Below, piece by piece: positions 38,572 to 50,040 of a stretch of 64,000 bases of DNA; within the stretch, counting starts at the first letter, position 1; each line of letters opens with the position of its first letter. The notes beneath the pieces are model-generated. The model did not search any database. It was not told the origin of the DNA and saw only the letters and a program-made list of their open reading frames with translations. Where the stretch lies: the NCBI GenBank assembly GCA_902516425.1, contig CABXYE010000001.1:123845-187844 (forward strand), given 5' to 3'. The translations under genes were made by a program, and so were the position numbers. This DNA is from an uncultured Pelagibacteraceae bacterium (lineage in GTDB: Bacteria > Pseudomonadota > Alphaproteobacteria > Pelagibacterales > Pelagibacteraceae).

Positions 38572-39420
38572 CTAATAATTCAATTCAATTAGATTTTTTT
38601 CAAAAATGTAATTTAATTTTTCAATGAATTTACTGTCAAAATTTTTTTGCCAATTGTTGTTTGGTCCTAAGTGAAAAAAGGGTATTCTTTTTTTATTATT
38701 ACGTGCAATTATCGATTCACCAAAACCAATTTTTTCCTCTATTTTTTTTAAATTTTCAAATGAAGTGCTTTTTACAGAGTTTTTTGCTTTTTCTCGATTA
38801 AATCCTTTTTTATTATTTATTAATTTATCTATAAATTCAATTATCTCTTTAAAGACTAAGAATGTTTCTTTTAATAAATCTTCATATCTTACAAATTTTA
38901 TAGGAATTAATTTGTTATTTTTCCACGATAAATAATTTTGTTCCCAAGAACTAATAAATTGATAATCGCTATAATCTCCTTTTTTCTTAAAATCATATGT
39001 AAAATTTTTTTGATCTTGCATTGTAATTAAAGCATCATCGTGATTAATCTGAAAGTGCCTTGACATAGAATCTAGAACGTTACGAGGGTCGCGAACAATA
39101 TAGATTGCTCCAAGCGAATTCTTAGTGTTTGTGAAGCTATGTTGACCAAATTTCATCAGAGCATTGTGTGTTTTAAAAAATCTAATCTTTTTATCCGCAT
39201 TAATTTTTTCTTGGGCTGCAACCCAAAATTTTATTGTATCTCCTGGTTTTCTGGGATTATAATTAAATCCTTCTAAATTCTTTTTGACAGGAAATTGCTC
39301 AATATTTTGTAAATTTTGATCACCTAAAAAGAAACCATTATTAGTATAATAATATGCACTTATCAAAGATCTTAACCAAGTATTTCCATTTTTTGGATAA
39401 GAAGCTAGCCAAATAATCAT
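38572..39420 (-). CDS. Sulfotransferase domain protein
   Basis: WLASYPKNGNTW (5'-PSB), KTH, YIVRDPRNV (3'-PB), RYEDL. Confidence 0.88.
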   Translation of the reverse strand: MIIWLASYPKNGNTWLRSLISAYYYTNNGFFLGDQNLQNIEQFPVKKNLEGFNYNPRKPGDTIKFWVAAQEKINADKKIRFFKTHNALMKFGQHSFTNTKNSLGAIYIVRDPRNVLDSMSRHFQINHDDALITMQDQKNFTYDFKKKGDYSDYQFISSWEQNYLSWKNNKLIPIKFVRYEDLLKETFLVFKEIIEFIDKLINNKKGFNREKAKNSVKSTSFENLKKIEEKIGFGESIIARNNKKRIPFFHLGPNNNWQKNFDSKFIEKLNYIFEKNLIELNY

Positions 39421-39466
39421 TTGTTTTATTTTAAATATTTATTATTATTATATAACTTATTAAAGT

Positions 39467-40108
39467 ATGAAACTTCCAAAAATAATACCTGTTTTCCCTT
39501 TAAGCAATTTTATTATTTTTCCAAAAACCACAGTTCCTTTAAATATCTTTGAACCAAGATATACAGAAATGGTGAATGATTCTATGAAAGCTGAAAAATT
39601 TATTGGTATGGTTCAGCCAAAAAATACAATAAACTATGATAATTCTCAATCTTCTGATTTACATAAAGTTGGTTGTTTAGGAAAAATAACCAGCTTCAAA
39701 GATACTGATGAAGGGAGATATTTAATTGAATTAAAAGGTATAATAAGATTTGAGATTAAAAAAGAAATTAAAACGAATAAAAAATACAGAGAGTGTGAAG
39801 TTAACTTTCAAAATTATTTGCATGATCTAGAGGATAATAAAGAGGATTTAAAATTTTCAGATTTAGAAATTATATTTAAAGATTTGAAAACTTTATTTGA
39901 AAAAAGAGGTTTTATGATTAATTGGAAAGCTCTTGAGAAGCAAAGTCTAGATGAAACAATTAACGCTCTTGCAATGACTTCACCATTCAGTTTAGAGGAA
40001 AAACAAGTTTTATTAGAGACAAAAAATCTAGATATTAGGAAAACGAAAATTGCTGAAATTTTAAATACATATACATACGATTTATTTGATAATACCACGC
40101 TTCAGTAA
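39467..40108 (+). CDS. LON peptidase substrate-binding (LON-N) domain protein
   Basis: IPVFPL, PLNIFEPRY, IGMVQP, EEKQVLLE. Confidence 0.9.
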   Translation: MKLPKIIPVFPLSNFIIFPKTTVPLNIFEPRYTEMVNDSMKAEKFIGMVQPKNTINYDNSQSSDLHKVGCLGKITSFKDTDEGRYLIELKGIIRFEIKKEIKTNKKYRECEVNFQNYLHDLEDNKEDLKFSDLEIIFKDLKTLFEKRGFMINWKALEKQSLDETINALAMTSPFSLEEKQVLLETKNLDIRKTKIAEILNTYTYDLFDNTTLQ

Positions 40109-40115
40109 TTTAAAA

Positions 40116-41192
40116 TTATATACCTACATCAGCTAATTTTTTAAAATATTTATTTATTAAACTATTTTTTCCTAAAAATTTTACAGTAGTATCAATAAAT
40201 TCGCTTTTTAATTTGTTTTCAGAATTAAAACATTCATAAATAAAATCAATTCCCTCAGAAAATATTAAATTTTTACTTTTTGTATTTTTTTGAAATTCAA
40301 AACACACGCTTTTATTGATTGGTAAACCAAGTACAATCTTAGTATCAATAATTCTCAATAATTCTCTGATATCTCTGATAGACATATTAAAGCCTTGTCC
40401 TGCTAAAGGATGAATCTTATGCAATAAATCACCAAACGCGAGTATGTTATCAAAATAATATTTTCTTAGATTAAGAGATTTAAGATCAAATTTTGATATT
40501 TTATTAATTTTTTCTATTACATATGTTGTATTAAATTTTCTGATTAAATTATTGATATCTAATTCAATATTGTGATTTTTAATTCTCGCAGAATATACAA
40601 TTGATGTTCTTTTGTTTGATATTGGTAAAAAAGCTAGCGGTCCTAAATTGGTAAAAATCTGTTTAGCTATATTATTATGAGATACTTTTTTATGATCAAT
40701 AATTGTGGTGTATGCAACGCTATTATATTTTTTTGTAAATTTTTTTGAAAAAAACTTATTGGTAATTTCATGTTTAAAATCACAATTAATTATTAAATCA
40801 TATCTGCTTTTATTTAGATTTTTATAATTAGTATTTTTTTTAAATTTCAAAAATTTATTTTTTTTTAATTCTAGGGATAACTGTTCAATAATTTTCTGAT
40901 TTTGCAAAATACAAAAAAGATTTTTTTTTTTGTCTTCAAATTCAATGATCTTGTTATTATTAGAATTTTCAGAGTAAATTTCTATTTTATTAATTTGCCA
41001 TAATATTTTATTTATATTTAATATATTTTTATTAAAAAATTCGACGTTTGTTTTTGAAATTCCCAAAGTGCGCGTTGAGTCTAACGGTACAGTTTTTTTT
41101 GTACGCAGAATATCTACAAATATTTCTCTATTAATTAGACCTTTTGCTAATGCCAAACTTGTCAAGCTATTTCCAATTATACATACTTTCAT
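40116..41192 (-). CDS. UbiH/UbiL-type FAD-dependent monooxygenase (ubiquinone biosynthesis)
   Basis: GPLAFLP, GDLLHKIHPLAGQGFNMSIRD; probable start MKVCIIG; divergent from ftsK. Confidence 0.82.
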   Translation of the reverse strand: MKVCIIGNSLTSLALAKGLINREIFVDILRTKKTVPLDSTRTLGISKTNVEFFNKNILNINKILWQINKIEIYSENSNNNKIIEFEDKKKNLFCILQNQKIIEQLSLELKKNKFLKFKKNTNYKNLNKSRYDLIINCDFKHEITNKFFSKKFTKKYNSVAYTTIIDHKKVSHNNIAKQIFTNLGPLAFLPISNKRTSIVYSARIKNHNIELDINNLIRKFNTTYVIEKINKISKFDLKSLNLRKYYFDNILAFGDLLHKIHPLAGQGFNMSIRDIRELLRIIDTKIVLGLPINKSVCFEFQKNTKSKNLIFSEGIDFIYECFNSENKLKSEFIDTTVKFLGKNSLINKYFKKLADVGI

Positions 41193-41254
41193 AATAAAAT
41201 TAATTTTAACAATAAAAATTAGATGATACAAAGTGTTATATTTGATTCAGTTAT

Positions 41255-43340
41255 ATGGATATAAAAAAAATTAGTAATACTGCCTTACTTTTTATGGCAA
41301 AGAGATTTACAGAAATATTTGGGATTTTAATTTCTTTTATAGGAGTAATCTTGTTGATCTCATTGATATCTTATTCTCCAGAAGATCCTAATTTTATATT
41401 CTCTGATAACACAGAAATTAAGAATTTACTTGGTTTCAGAGGAAGTTATATTTCAGACTTTTTTTTCCAATCCATTGGTTTAATCTCATATTTGTTTTCA
41501 ATTACACTTATTTTTACAGGTTTAAATATGATGACCAGTAAAGATTTTTTTTTTAATAATTGAAAATATTTTTTATTCAATTCTTTACTCAATTTTTGGG
41601 TCTTTATTTTTTAGTTATTTTTACAACAGTACTTTTGTTCTTTTTATAAATGGCAATGGAGGTTTTGTTGGAAATTATTTAAGTGAAAAAATATTTATAA
41701 ATTTAATTTCGTTTAATGAGACTATTGCTTACTATTTATTAGTTATTACGATTTTAGGTTTGTTTTTAATAAGTATTAATTTTAGTTTAAAAAAATTTAT
41801 AAATTTTTTAAAAAAAGTAAATTTATTTACTAAAAAAGAAAAAAGTTATACCAATAAAAGTGAATTAATCGACGAATATATTCCACAAGAGGAAATTAAA
41901 AATTTAATTCAAGAAGACTTACCTTTTATAAAAGCTGATGAAATTCAAAAAAAAGAAAAATTGAAATTTAAATTACCTAGTTTGGATCTACTTAAACAAC
42001 CTTCAAAAAAAGAGAGAGAAGAATCTGGAAAAAATCAATTAAATGATTCAGTTTTTTTGGAAAAAATATTATTGGATTTTGGTGTAAATGGAAAAATCAA
42101 AAAAGTTAGTCATGGACCCGTTGTTACTCTTAATGAATTTGAACCAGCGGCTGGGGTGAAAGTATCTAAAATTATAAATCTTTCAGATGATATAGCTAGA
42201 AATACAAGTTCTGAGTCAGCTAGGATCTCGATAATCCCAGGTAGTAATACTGTTGGAATTGAGTTACCAAATATATCAAGAGAAAATGTTTATTTAAGTG
42301 AAATTTTTAATAATCCTGACTTTAAAAAAAAAGAAATAAAGTTACCAATAGCATTAGGTAAAAATATATCAGGAAATCCAATAGTTGGTGATTTATCCTC
42401 GATGCCTCACTTACTAATAGCTGGAACAACAGGTTCAGGAAAATCAGTTTGTATTAATACAATAATATTATCTCTTCTTTATCGACATACGCCAGAAAAG
42501 TGTAAATTTATTTTGATTGATCCTAAGATGCTTGAATTATCAACTTATGAGGGTGTGCCACATTTATTATGCCCTGTTATTACCGAGGCTAAAAAAGCGG
42601 CTTCTGTTTTAGGTTGGGTAGTTAAGGAAATGGAAAATAGATACAGGTTAATGACAAAAGAAGGTGTGAGAAATATTGACGGATATAACTCAAAACATAA
42701 ATTACCGATGCCTTATATTGTTGTAATAGTTGATGAAATGTCAGATTTAATGCTTTTAGCAGGAAAAGAAATTGAAAATTATATTCAGAAATTATCTCAA
42801 ATGGCAAGAGCAGCTGGAATACACATTATCATGGCTACTCAAAGACCAAGTGTGGACGTAATAACAGGGACAATAAAAGCGAATTTTCCTACAAGAATAT
42901 CTTTTCAAGTTACATCTAAAATAGACAGCAGAACTATTTTAGGAGAACAAGGTGCTGAACAATTACTAGGTAAAGGTGATATGTTATATATGTCATCTGC
43001 CAATAGAGTTGTAAGAATACATGCGCCATTTGTTTCAGATAATGAGATTGAAAATATAAACGACTCTCTAAGATCTCAAGCAGAACCTGATTATGTCGAT
43101 GAGATTTTAAATTATGCGGATGAAAAAGAAATTGGTGATGGATCTAAAAATCTTAGTGATAAAGATGAGCTTTATCAAACAGCTGTGGGTATTATTAAAT
43201 CCGAGGGAAAAGCGTCAACATCTTTTTTACAAAGAAAACTACAAATTGGATATAATCGAGCAGCAAGAATAATTGATATGATGGAAGAAGAGGGAATTGT
43301 TAGTAAAGCCAATCATGTAGGAAAACGTGATGTACTTTAA
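41255..43340 (+). CDS. ftsK: DNA translocase FtsK, interrupted by a +1 frameshift in the T10 run at 41545-41554 (split ORFs 41255-41563 and 41760-43340)
   Basis: N-terminal TM domain; AGTTGSGKS, VDEMSDLM, ATQRPS, LQRKLQIGYNRAARII; removing one T gives a continuous frame. Confidence 0.93.
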
Positions 43341-43888
43341 TGATAAGTAGATTAATCTTTTTATTTCTTTTATTTTCATTAGCTGAAGCTTCAGCAAATA
43401 TTAAAGGAAAAATTATTCAAAATTTAAAAGCTACTAATAATTTAACGTTTAGTTTTGAACAAAATGTTAACGGTAAAACAGAAAATGGTAATTGTGCTCT
43501 TTTATACCCACAAAAAATATTTTGTAAGTATAACTTAAAAAATAATAAAATTTTGGTTTCCAACGGAAAATCCATAGTTATTAAAACCGACAAGAGCTAT
43601 TATCTTTATCCACTTGAGCGAACTCCATTAAATTTAATTTTGAATAAAAATTTTTTAATCAATAAGCTTAAAACATTAGATGAAAGAATTTTAGATGACC
43701 AGTTTGTAAATTTTAAATTCTTTGAAAATGATTTTGAGGTTAACATTTTTTTTGATAGTAAAACGCTTGATCTCATCGGCTGGCAAACTACGGACATTTA
43801 TCAAAATCTTAGCATTACATTTTTAGCTTCAGTTAAAAAAAATCAAAAATTAAATAGTGATTTATTTATTTTACCTAAACAGAATTAA
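43340..43888 (+). CDS. lolA: Outer-membrane lipoprotein carrier LolA family
   Basis: Signal peptide, FEQ, LVSNGK, YPLERTPL; directly after ftsK. Confidence 0.82.
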   Translation: MISRLIFLFLLFSLAEASANIKGKIIQNLKATNNLTFSFEQNVNGKTENGNCALLYPQKIFCKYNLKNNKILVSNGKSIVIKTDKSYYLYPLERTPLNLILNKNFLINKLKTLDERILDDQFVNFKFFENDFEVNIFFDSKTLDLIGWQTTDIYQNLSITFLASVKKNQKLNSDLFILPKQN

Positions 43889-44388
43889 ATTAAGACTAAC
43901 TCGGTTTTGAAAATTCTCATGCCTCTTGAGATATAATTATTTAGTGCATGCTTATGATCCAAGGAACAAGTGTGTACCCACACTCTATTTGTATCATCTA
44001 AAAATGAATTTTTTATAGCTGATGTCAAAAGGAAAGAGCCTAATTTTTTATTTTGGTATCTTTTTAGTAAGCCCAGATAAGCAATTTCTGTCTCCTTTTT
44101 TTCCTTGTGGAAAATAAGTTCAAAATATCCAGCCATATCATCAGCTTTTTTAAGAATATAAGTTTTTACCTTTTGATTAGAAATATATTCCATCCATTGT
44201 TTATCTGTCCAAACTAATCGATCAGTCCATCTATGCTCTTTACCAATATTTTTATAAAAAAACTTATTAATTTGAAAATCTGCTGGATCACTAAAATCAA
44301 TAAAAAAATCCTCTGGAGAAAATTTTGTAGCTTTTAAATCTTTAAGTGAATTGATCTCTAGATAATTTCTTTCAACTTTAGTGCTCAC
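43885..44388 (-). CDS. GNAT family N-acetyltransferase
   Basis: AYLGLL..YQNKKLG, RVWVHTCSLDH..ALNNY..RG. Confidence 0.88.
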   Translation of the reverse strand: MSTKVERNYLEINSLKDLKATKFSPEDFFIDFSDPADFQINKFFYKNIGKEHRWTDRLVWTDKQWMEYISNQKVKTYILKKADDMAGYFELIFHKEKKETEIAYLGLLKRYQNKKLGSFLLTSAIKNSFLDDTNRVWVHTCSLDHKHALNNYISRGMRIFKTELVLI

Positions 44389-44750
44389 TCCACCATCTTT
44401 CCAACTTTTTCACCTCCAAATAAATGAAAATGTAAATGAGGTACTTCTTGACCACCATGTTCAGAAATATTTGCTAATGCTCGATAACCTTTACCGCTAT
44501 CTACTGATATACCAAGTTTTTTTGCAACTAGATTTATACCCTTTAATAAACCCACCATTTCCTCTGGAGAAGCGTTTTGACTAAAATCATCAAGGTCAAC
44601 ATATTTTCCTTTGGGTATTACCAGCGCATGAATTTTTTTTTGTGGATTAATATCATGAAATGACAAAACATAATCATCCTCGTGTATCTTTTTACAAGGA
44701 ATCTCTCCTCTCAAGATTTTAGCAAAAATGTTATTATCATCATATCTCAT
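44385..44750 (-). CDS. Histidine triad nucleotide-binding protein (HinT)
   Basis: IFAKILRGEIP, GQEVPHLHFHL. Confidence 0.94.
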   Translation of the reverse strand: MRYDDNNIFAKILRGEIPCKKIHEDDYVLSFHDINPQKKIHALVIPKGKYVDLDDFSQNASPEEMVGLLKGINLVAKKLGISVDSGKGYRALANISEHGGQEVPHLHFHLFGGEKVGKMVE

Positions 44751-45091
44751 TGCAAAACATCAAGTTCTTCATTTATACTAGTTATTTTCCCACCTTTTAG
44801 ATTTGCATCAACAATTGCACATTTATAATATGCAAAAGATGTTTCTTCCGCTATTTGTTTCATTTCTAAACACTTTGACTTATTTTTAATCAATAAATGT
44901 TCATTTAATTTGGGAGGATCACCTAAGTACATCATTAATGCAATAACCTCTCCTTGTCTTTCAAAATCAGATGCTTCCTCTAATTTAGCAACCCTATCAG
45001 AAACACCAATCTCAAAGTCTGTAAAAGCAACATAACCTTTATAAAAAATGAAACCTAATATTAAAAAAAATACTATCTTAATCTTGCTCAT
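44747..45091 (-). CDS. Hypothetical membrane-anchored protein with two Cys
   Basis: N-terminal TM; operonic between hisE and the HIT gene. Confidence 0.7.
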   Translation of the reverse strand: MSKIKIVFFLILGFIFYKGYVAFTDFEIGVSDRVAKLEEASDFERQGEVIALMMYLGDPPKLNEHLLIKNKSKCLEMKQIAEETSFAYYKCAIVDANLKGGKITSINEELDVLQ

Positions 45092-45097
45092 TAGACT

Positions 45098-45370
45098 TTA
45101 CTTTTTTCTTTTTTCTAATTCAATCTCAATATCCTCAATTTTAATATTATTTGCTTCTAGAAAAATTATCAAATGATAAAATACATCAGCAGCTTCATGA
45201 ATTTTATTTGTATTATTATCTACAGCCTCAATTAATTCGTTTATTTCTTCTAAGACTTTTGATTTGCTTAGTGATTTATCTGATAATAATTTATTAGTAT
45301 AAGATCCGTTGACCGGCTTTTCTTTTCTTTCACGCGCAAGCTTAAATAAGCTTTCTAAAGTATTAAGCAT
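45098..45370 (-). CDS. hisE: Phosphoribosyl-ATP pyrophosphatase
   Basis: SYTNKLL, KVLEE, EAADVFYH. Confidence 0.93.
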   Translation of the reverse strand: MLNTLESLFKLARERKEKPVNGSYTNKLLSDKSLSKSKVLEEINELIEAVDNNTNKIHEAADVFYHLIIFLEANNIKIEDIEIELEKRKK

Positions 45371-45371
45371 A

Positions 45372-46127
45372 TTAAATCCTAACAGGAATTCCTTTTGAGT
45401 CCAAATACTCCTTAGCTTCTTTTACTGAGTATTTTCCATAATGAAATATTGAAGCAGCTAAAACAGCACTAGCATTTCCTAATTTAATTCCATCGACCAA
45501 ATGATCTAGATCACCAACACCTCCTGATGCAATTAAAGGTATATTAACCTTTGAGGCAATTTTATTCATTAATTCAACATCATAACCTATTTGTGTTCCA
45601 TCTCTATCCATTGAGGTAACTAATAATTCTCCAGCACCATTGTCTTCCATTTTTTGGGCGTACTCTAAAGCATTGAGACCACTGTTGTTTCTACCTCCGT
45701 GAGTAAATATTTCCCATTTATCTCCATTCTTCTTTGCATCAATTGCAACCACGATACATTGTGAACCAAACTTTTTTGAACTTTCTAAAACAACTTTTGA
45801 ATTTTCAACAGCTGCGGTGTTGATAGATACTTTATCTGCACCGCAATTTAACAATTTGTTTATATCATCTATACTTCTTACTCCGCCACCGACTGTTAAA
45901 GGGACAAAGCATTTTTTTGATGTTCTCTCGACTACATCATAAATAGTATCCCTATTTTCGTTGGAGGCAGTAATATCTAAAAAACAGATCTCATCTGCTC
46001 CACCATCAGAATAAATTTTGGCTTGTTCTACAGGGTCTCCTGCGTCTTTTAAATCAACAAAGTTAATACCTTTAACAACACGTCCATTCTTAACGTCTAA
46101 GCAAGGAATTATTCTATTTTTAAGCAT
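45372..46127 (-). CDS. hisF: Imidazole glycerol phosphate synthase cyclase subunit
   Basis: [27 protein letters not shown]. Confidence 0.97.
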   Translation of the reverse strand: MLKNRIIPCLDVKNGRVVKGINFVDLKDAGDPVEQAKIYSDGGADEICFLDITASNENRDTIYDVVERTSKKCFVPLTVGGGVRSIDDINKLLNCGADKVSINTAAVENSKVVLESSKKFGSQCIVVAIDAKKNGDKWEIFTHGGRNNSGLNALEYAQKMEDNGAGELLVTSMDRDGTQIGYDVELMNKIASKVNIPLIASGGVGDLDHLVDGIKLGNASAVLAASIFHYGKYSVKEAKEYLDSKGIPVRI

Positions 46128-46836
46128 CTTCTTTCACTAGCTCTTCTAATTGAACATCGCCATCATAAATAGCTTTACCAACTATTATACCTTCAATGTT
46201 TTTTAAATTCTTTGCTTTTTTAATATCATCTATTGATGAAACTCCACCAGATATAACCACAGGACAATTTGATATCTCAGCCACTTTTGATGTTTCATCA
46301 AAATTTGGGCTTTGCTTCATGCCATCTCGATTTATATCAGTATAAATCAATCTACTAACACCAAAATCATTTACTTCCTCTAAATAATGCAGTGTCATTT
46401 GATTAGATTTTTCTTTCCATCCTGATATCGATAAATATCCATCTTTGGCATCTAAACCTAGGGCAATTTTATTTGGAAATCTTTCACATGCTTCTTTTAA
46501 AAAATTTTTATCTTTAATAGCACCACTTCCTAGAATTACTTTCTCAACACCGGCATCAATATATTTTTGAATACTATCAGAATTTCTAATTCCACCACCT
46601 ACCTCAACCTTTAAATTAAATTTACCAACTATATGCCGAATAATATCTAAATTTACTGTTTCACCAGTTAAAGCACCATCCAAATCAACTATGTGTAAAT
46701 TTTTAAATCCATGATCTTTATATTTTCCTGCTTGTTCAATTGGAGACATTTTATACTCAGTTTTGTTGTCAAAATCTCCCTTAACTAATCTTACGCACTT
46801 TTTATCTTTGATGTCTATTGCAGGAAATATTTTCAT
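46120..46836 (-). CDS. hisA: ProFAR isomerase
   Basis: [27 protein letters not shown]. Confidence 0.96.
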   Translation of the reverse strand: MKIFPAIDIKDKKCVRLVKGDFDNKTEYKMSPIEQAGKYKDHGFKNLHIVDLDGALTGETVNLDIIRHIVGKFNLKVEVGGGIRNSDSIQKYIDAGVEKVILGSGAIKDKNFLKEACERFPNKIALGLDAKDGYLSISGWKEKSNQMTLHYLEEVNDFGVSRLIYTDINRDGMKQSPNFDETSKVAEISNCPVVISGGVSSIDDIKKAKNLKNIEGIIVGKAIYDGDVQLEELVKEDA

Positions 46837-46837
46837 T

Positions 46838-47464
46838 TTACAAATTTATAAAATTATCAATTATCTTAAGTCCGATCCTATCACTTTTCTCTGGATGAAA
46901 TTGAGTTCCAAAAATATTTTCTTTTTCAACAGAACAAACAATATTTGATGAATAATCTGTTGTTGCCGAAATTACTTTTTTATCGTTTGGTAAAAATTCG
47001 TAACTATGAACAAAGTACATATGAGAATTATTTTCTATATCTTTAAAAATTTTACAATCTTTGACAATGTTAATTTGATTCCAACCAATATGAGGTAATT
47101 TATACTTACCATTCTGATTATCTATTTTTGAAACTTTACCTGAAATCCATCCTAACCCTTTAGTTTCAGTTTCTTCATAACCAACGTCAGCAAACATCTG
47201 CAAACCAACACAAATTCCAAGTAGAGGTTTTTTATTAGTTATTGCAAATTCATTTAGAGCTTCTGTAAGGCCTTTAATTTTATTCAAGGCATCCACACAA
47301 CTTTTAAATGAGCCCTGCCCTGGTAAAACTATTTTATCGCTTGATTTTATCTTATTTAAATCTGAAGTAACCTCAATAACTACTTTATCTTTTGCAACTT
47401 CTTTAAAAGAGTTTATTACCGAACTTATATTGCCTGATTTATAATCAAGAATTGTGACATTCAT
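46838..47464 (-). CDS. hisH: Imidazole glycerol phosphate synthase glutaminase subunit
   Basis: LPGQG, GICVGLQ, YFVHSY, QFHPEKS. Confidence 0.96.
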   Translation of the reverse strand: MNVTILDYKSGNISSVINSFKEVAKDKVVIEVTSDLNKIKSSDKIVLPGQGSFKSCVDALNKIKGLTEALNEFAITNKKPLLGICVGLQMFADVGYEETETKGLGWISGKVSKIDNQNGKYKLPHIGWNQINIVKDCKIFKDIENNSHMYFVHSYEFLPNDKKVISATTDYSSNIVCSVEKENIFGTQFHPEKSDRIGLKIIDNFINL

Positions 47465-47469
47465 TAAAC

Positions 47470-48060
47470 TTATAAAGAACCCTTTGTAGAAGGAATAGTT
47501 TTTTTATTCCTCGGATCTATTTCCAATGCAGTTCTTAGAGATCTTGCTAATCCTTTGTAGCAAGACTCGATAATGTGGTGACTATTGTCCCCATAAATAT
47601 TTTCAACGTGTAAAGTAATTCCTGCGGCTTGTGAAAACGCTTGAAACCATTCTTTAAAAAGTTCTGTGTCCATCTCACCAAGTTTTTCAACCTTTAAATT
47701 AACTTTCCAAATTAAATAAGGACGATTTGAAATATCAATTGCTACACGTGATAAAGTTTCGTCCATTGGGATCATTGCGTGAGCATACCTTTTAATTCCA
47801 ACGGATTTTTTCAAAGCTTTTTTTAAAGCTTCGCCAATTGCAATTCCTGTGTCTTCAGTTGTGTGATGTAAATCAATATGAGTATCGCCTTTAGCTTTTA
47901 TATTCATATCTATTGAAGAGTGTTTAGATAGTTGTTCAAGCATGTGGTTTAAAAAACCTATGCCTGTGTCAATTTTGTATTTACCTTTGCCGTCAATATT
48001 TAAATCAACGCTAATGCTTGTTTCTTTTGTTTTTCTGCTTATTTTACCTTTACGCTTCAT
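47470..48060 (-). CDS. hisB: Imidazoleglycerol-phosphate dehydratase
   Basis: [25 protein letters not shown]. Confidence 0.97.
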   Translation of the reverse strand: MKRKGKISRKTKETSISVDLNIDGKGKYKIDTGIGFLNHMLEQLSKHSSIDMNIKAKGDTHIDLHHTTEDTGIAIGEALKKALKKSVGIKRYAHAMIPMDETLSRVAIDISNRPYLIWKVNLKVEKLGEMDTELFKEWFQAFSQAAGITLHVENIYGDNSHHIIESCYKGLARSLRTALEIDPRNKKTIPSTKGSL

Positions 48061-48116
48061 AATGTAAAATAGGTATACATATATTATTCAATTAAGGCAA
48101 TAATACTAAACCTAGG

Positions 48117-48145
48117 CTTGAACTATAAAATTTAATATCCATTTA
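48117..48145 (+). promoter_or_regulatory. Putative sigma-32 (RpoH) promoter of hslVU
   Basis: CTTGAA at 48117 and CCATTT at 48139 (CTTG-N18-CCATTT), upstream of heat-shock protease genes. Confidence 0.65.
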
Positions 48146-48151
48146 TAAGCT

Positions 48152-48667
48152 ATGACAACGATTGTATTAGTTAGAAAAAACAATGAAGTGGTGGTAGCTG
48201 GTGACGGTCAAGTAAGTATGGGAAATACTGTCGTAAAAAGCACTGCCTCAAAAGTCAGAAAAATTGAAAAGAGAGATGTAGTAGCAGGTTTTGCTGGATC
48301 AACAGCTGATGCTTTAACATTATTTGAAAGATTAGAGGGAAAATTAGAAAAACATGCAGGTAACTTATCTAGAGCTGCTGTGGAGTTAGCTAAAGATTGG
48401 AGAACTGATAAATATCTAAGAAGATTAGAAGCACTAATGGCTGTAGGTGACAAGAAAAATAGTTATATAATTTCAGGCACTGGTGACGTTCTAGAGCCTG
48501 AGGGAAATGTTATTGGTATTGGCTCTGGTGGTAATTATGCTTTGGCTGCTGGAAAAGTTTTAATAGAAAGCAATATATCAGCAGAAGAGGTTGCAAAAAA
48601 AGCAATAAAAGTTGCAGCTGATATCTGCGTGTTTACAAATGAAAATGTCAAAGTTGAAAAGATATAA
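48152..48667 (+). CDS. hslV: ATP-dependent protease subunit HslV
   Basis: MTTI N-terminal Thr, [18 protein letters not shown]. Confidence 0.97.
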   Translation: MTTIVLVRKNNEVVVAGDGQVSMGNTVVKSTASKVRKIEKRDVVAGFAGSTADALTLFERLEGKLEKHAGNLSRAAVELAKDWRTDKYLRRLEALMAVGDKKNSYIISGTGDVLEPEGNVIGIGSGGNYALAAGKVLIESNISAEEVAKKAIKVAADICVFTNENVKVEKI

Positions 48668-50040
48668 TGGACAAATCAAACGTAACTAAATTACATCCTA
48701 AAGAAGATCAACAAAAAGAAGAGGCTTCATTAGTAAGTTCCTTGTCACCAAGAGAAATTGTTTCTGAATTAGATAGATTTGTTGTTGGTCAAAATAAAGC
48801 TAAAAGAGCAGTTGCTGTTGCCTTAAGAAATAGGTGGAGAAGACAAGCGCTAAAAGGTGAAATGAGAAATGAAGTTTTACCTAAAAATATTTTAATGATT
48901 GGTCCAACTGGTGTTGGAAAGACAGAAATTTCACGAAGGCTCTCAAAATTGGCAGAAGCTCCTTTTGTAAAAGTTGAAGCAACCCGATTTACAGAAGTTG
49001 GTTATGTAGGAAGAGATGTAGAGCAAATTGTGAGAGATCTTGTTGAAATTGCCATTTCAATGGAGAAAGTAAAAAAGAGAAAGGAAGTTTTTGCTAAAGC
49101 TCAAAAACTAGCCGAAGAAAAAGTATTAGATGCTTTAGTTGGGAAAAAAGCAAGTACTGCTACAAGAGAAAGCTTTAGAAAAAGACTCAGAGATGGTGAT
49201 TTAGATAAAAATGAGATTGAAATAGCTGTCAGCGATAGTGGAGGTAATAATACATCCTTTGAAATACCTGGAATGCCTGGCGCCAATGTGGGAATGATTA
49301 ATATTGGGGAAATGCTTGGAAAGTCTATGGGTAAACAAGAAAAAAAGAAAAAAATGACAGTAAAAGAGTCTCACGAAATTTTAATAAATGACGAATCTGA
49401 CAAATTAATTGAGCAAGACAAAATCGTAAAGATGGCAAAAATCTCCACAGAAAATAATGGAATAGTTTTTTTAGACGAGATTGATAAAATTTCTGGCAGG
49501 ACCGACAGAGTTGGTGGAGATGTTTCTAGGGAAGGTGTTCAAAGAGATTTATTACCTTTAATTGAAGGAACAACAGTTAATACAAAATACGGACCTATAA
49601 AAACTGATCATATTTTATTTATTGCATCAGGCGCCTTTCAATTAGCAAAACCTTCCGACTTACTGCCCGAGTTACAAGGTAGACTTCCGATAAGAGTTGA
49701 GCTTGAAGCTTTATCTAGTGATGATTTTAGAAGAATTTTAAAAGAACCAGACTTTAGCTTGATTAAACAATATATAGCTTTACTTAAAACAGAAAATGTG
49801 GATTTAGAGTTCACGGACGATGGTATAGATGCTATTGCAAATATAGCATCTGAGGTAAATACGACGGTCGAAAACATAGGTGCTAGAAGATTGCACACAA
49901 TTATTGAAAAAATACTTGATGAAATTAGTTTTACTGCAACCGATCGATCTGGAGAGAAAATATCTATTAATAAAGAATATATTAATAAGAACCTTGATAA
50001 CCTTGTAAAAGATACCGACCTATCAAAGTTTATATTATAA
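48667..50040 (+). CDS. hslU: ATP-dependent protease ATPase subunit HslU
   Basis: [32 protein letters not shown]. Confidence 0.97.
   Translation: MDKSNVTKLHPKEDQQKEEASLVSSLSPREIVSELDRFVVGQNKAKRAVAVALRNRWRRQALKGEMRNEVLPKNILMIGPTGVGKTEISRRLSKLAEAPFVKVEATRFTEVGYVGRDVEQIVRDLVEIAISMEKVKKRKEVFAKAQKLAEEKVLDALVGKKASTATRESFRKRLRDGDLDKNEIEIAVSDSGGNNTSFEIPGMPGANVGMINIGEMLGKSMGKQEKKKKMTVKESHEILINDESDKLIEQDKIVKMAKISTENNGIVFLDEIDKISGRTDRVGGDVSREGVQRDLLPLIEGTTVNTKYGPIKTDHILFIASGAFQLAKPSDLLPELQGRLPIRVELEALSSDDFRRILKEPDFSLIKQYIALLKTENVDLEFTDDGIDAIANIASEVNTTVENIGARRLHTIIEKILDEISFTATDRSGEKISINKEYINKNLDNLVKDTDLSKFIL

Noticed and set aside
41255-41563. Separate 102-aa gene or true ftsK pseudogene
   Set aside because: A single-base homopolymer indel restores an intact essential gene with no other decay
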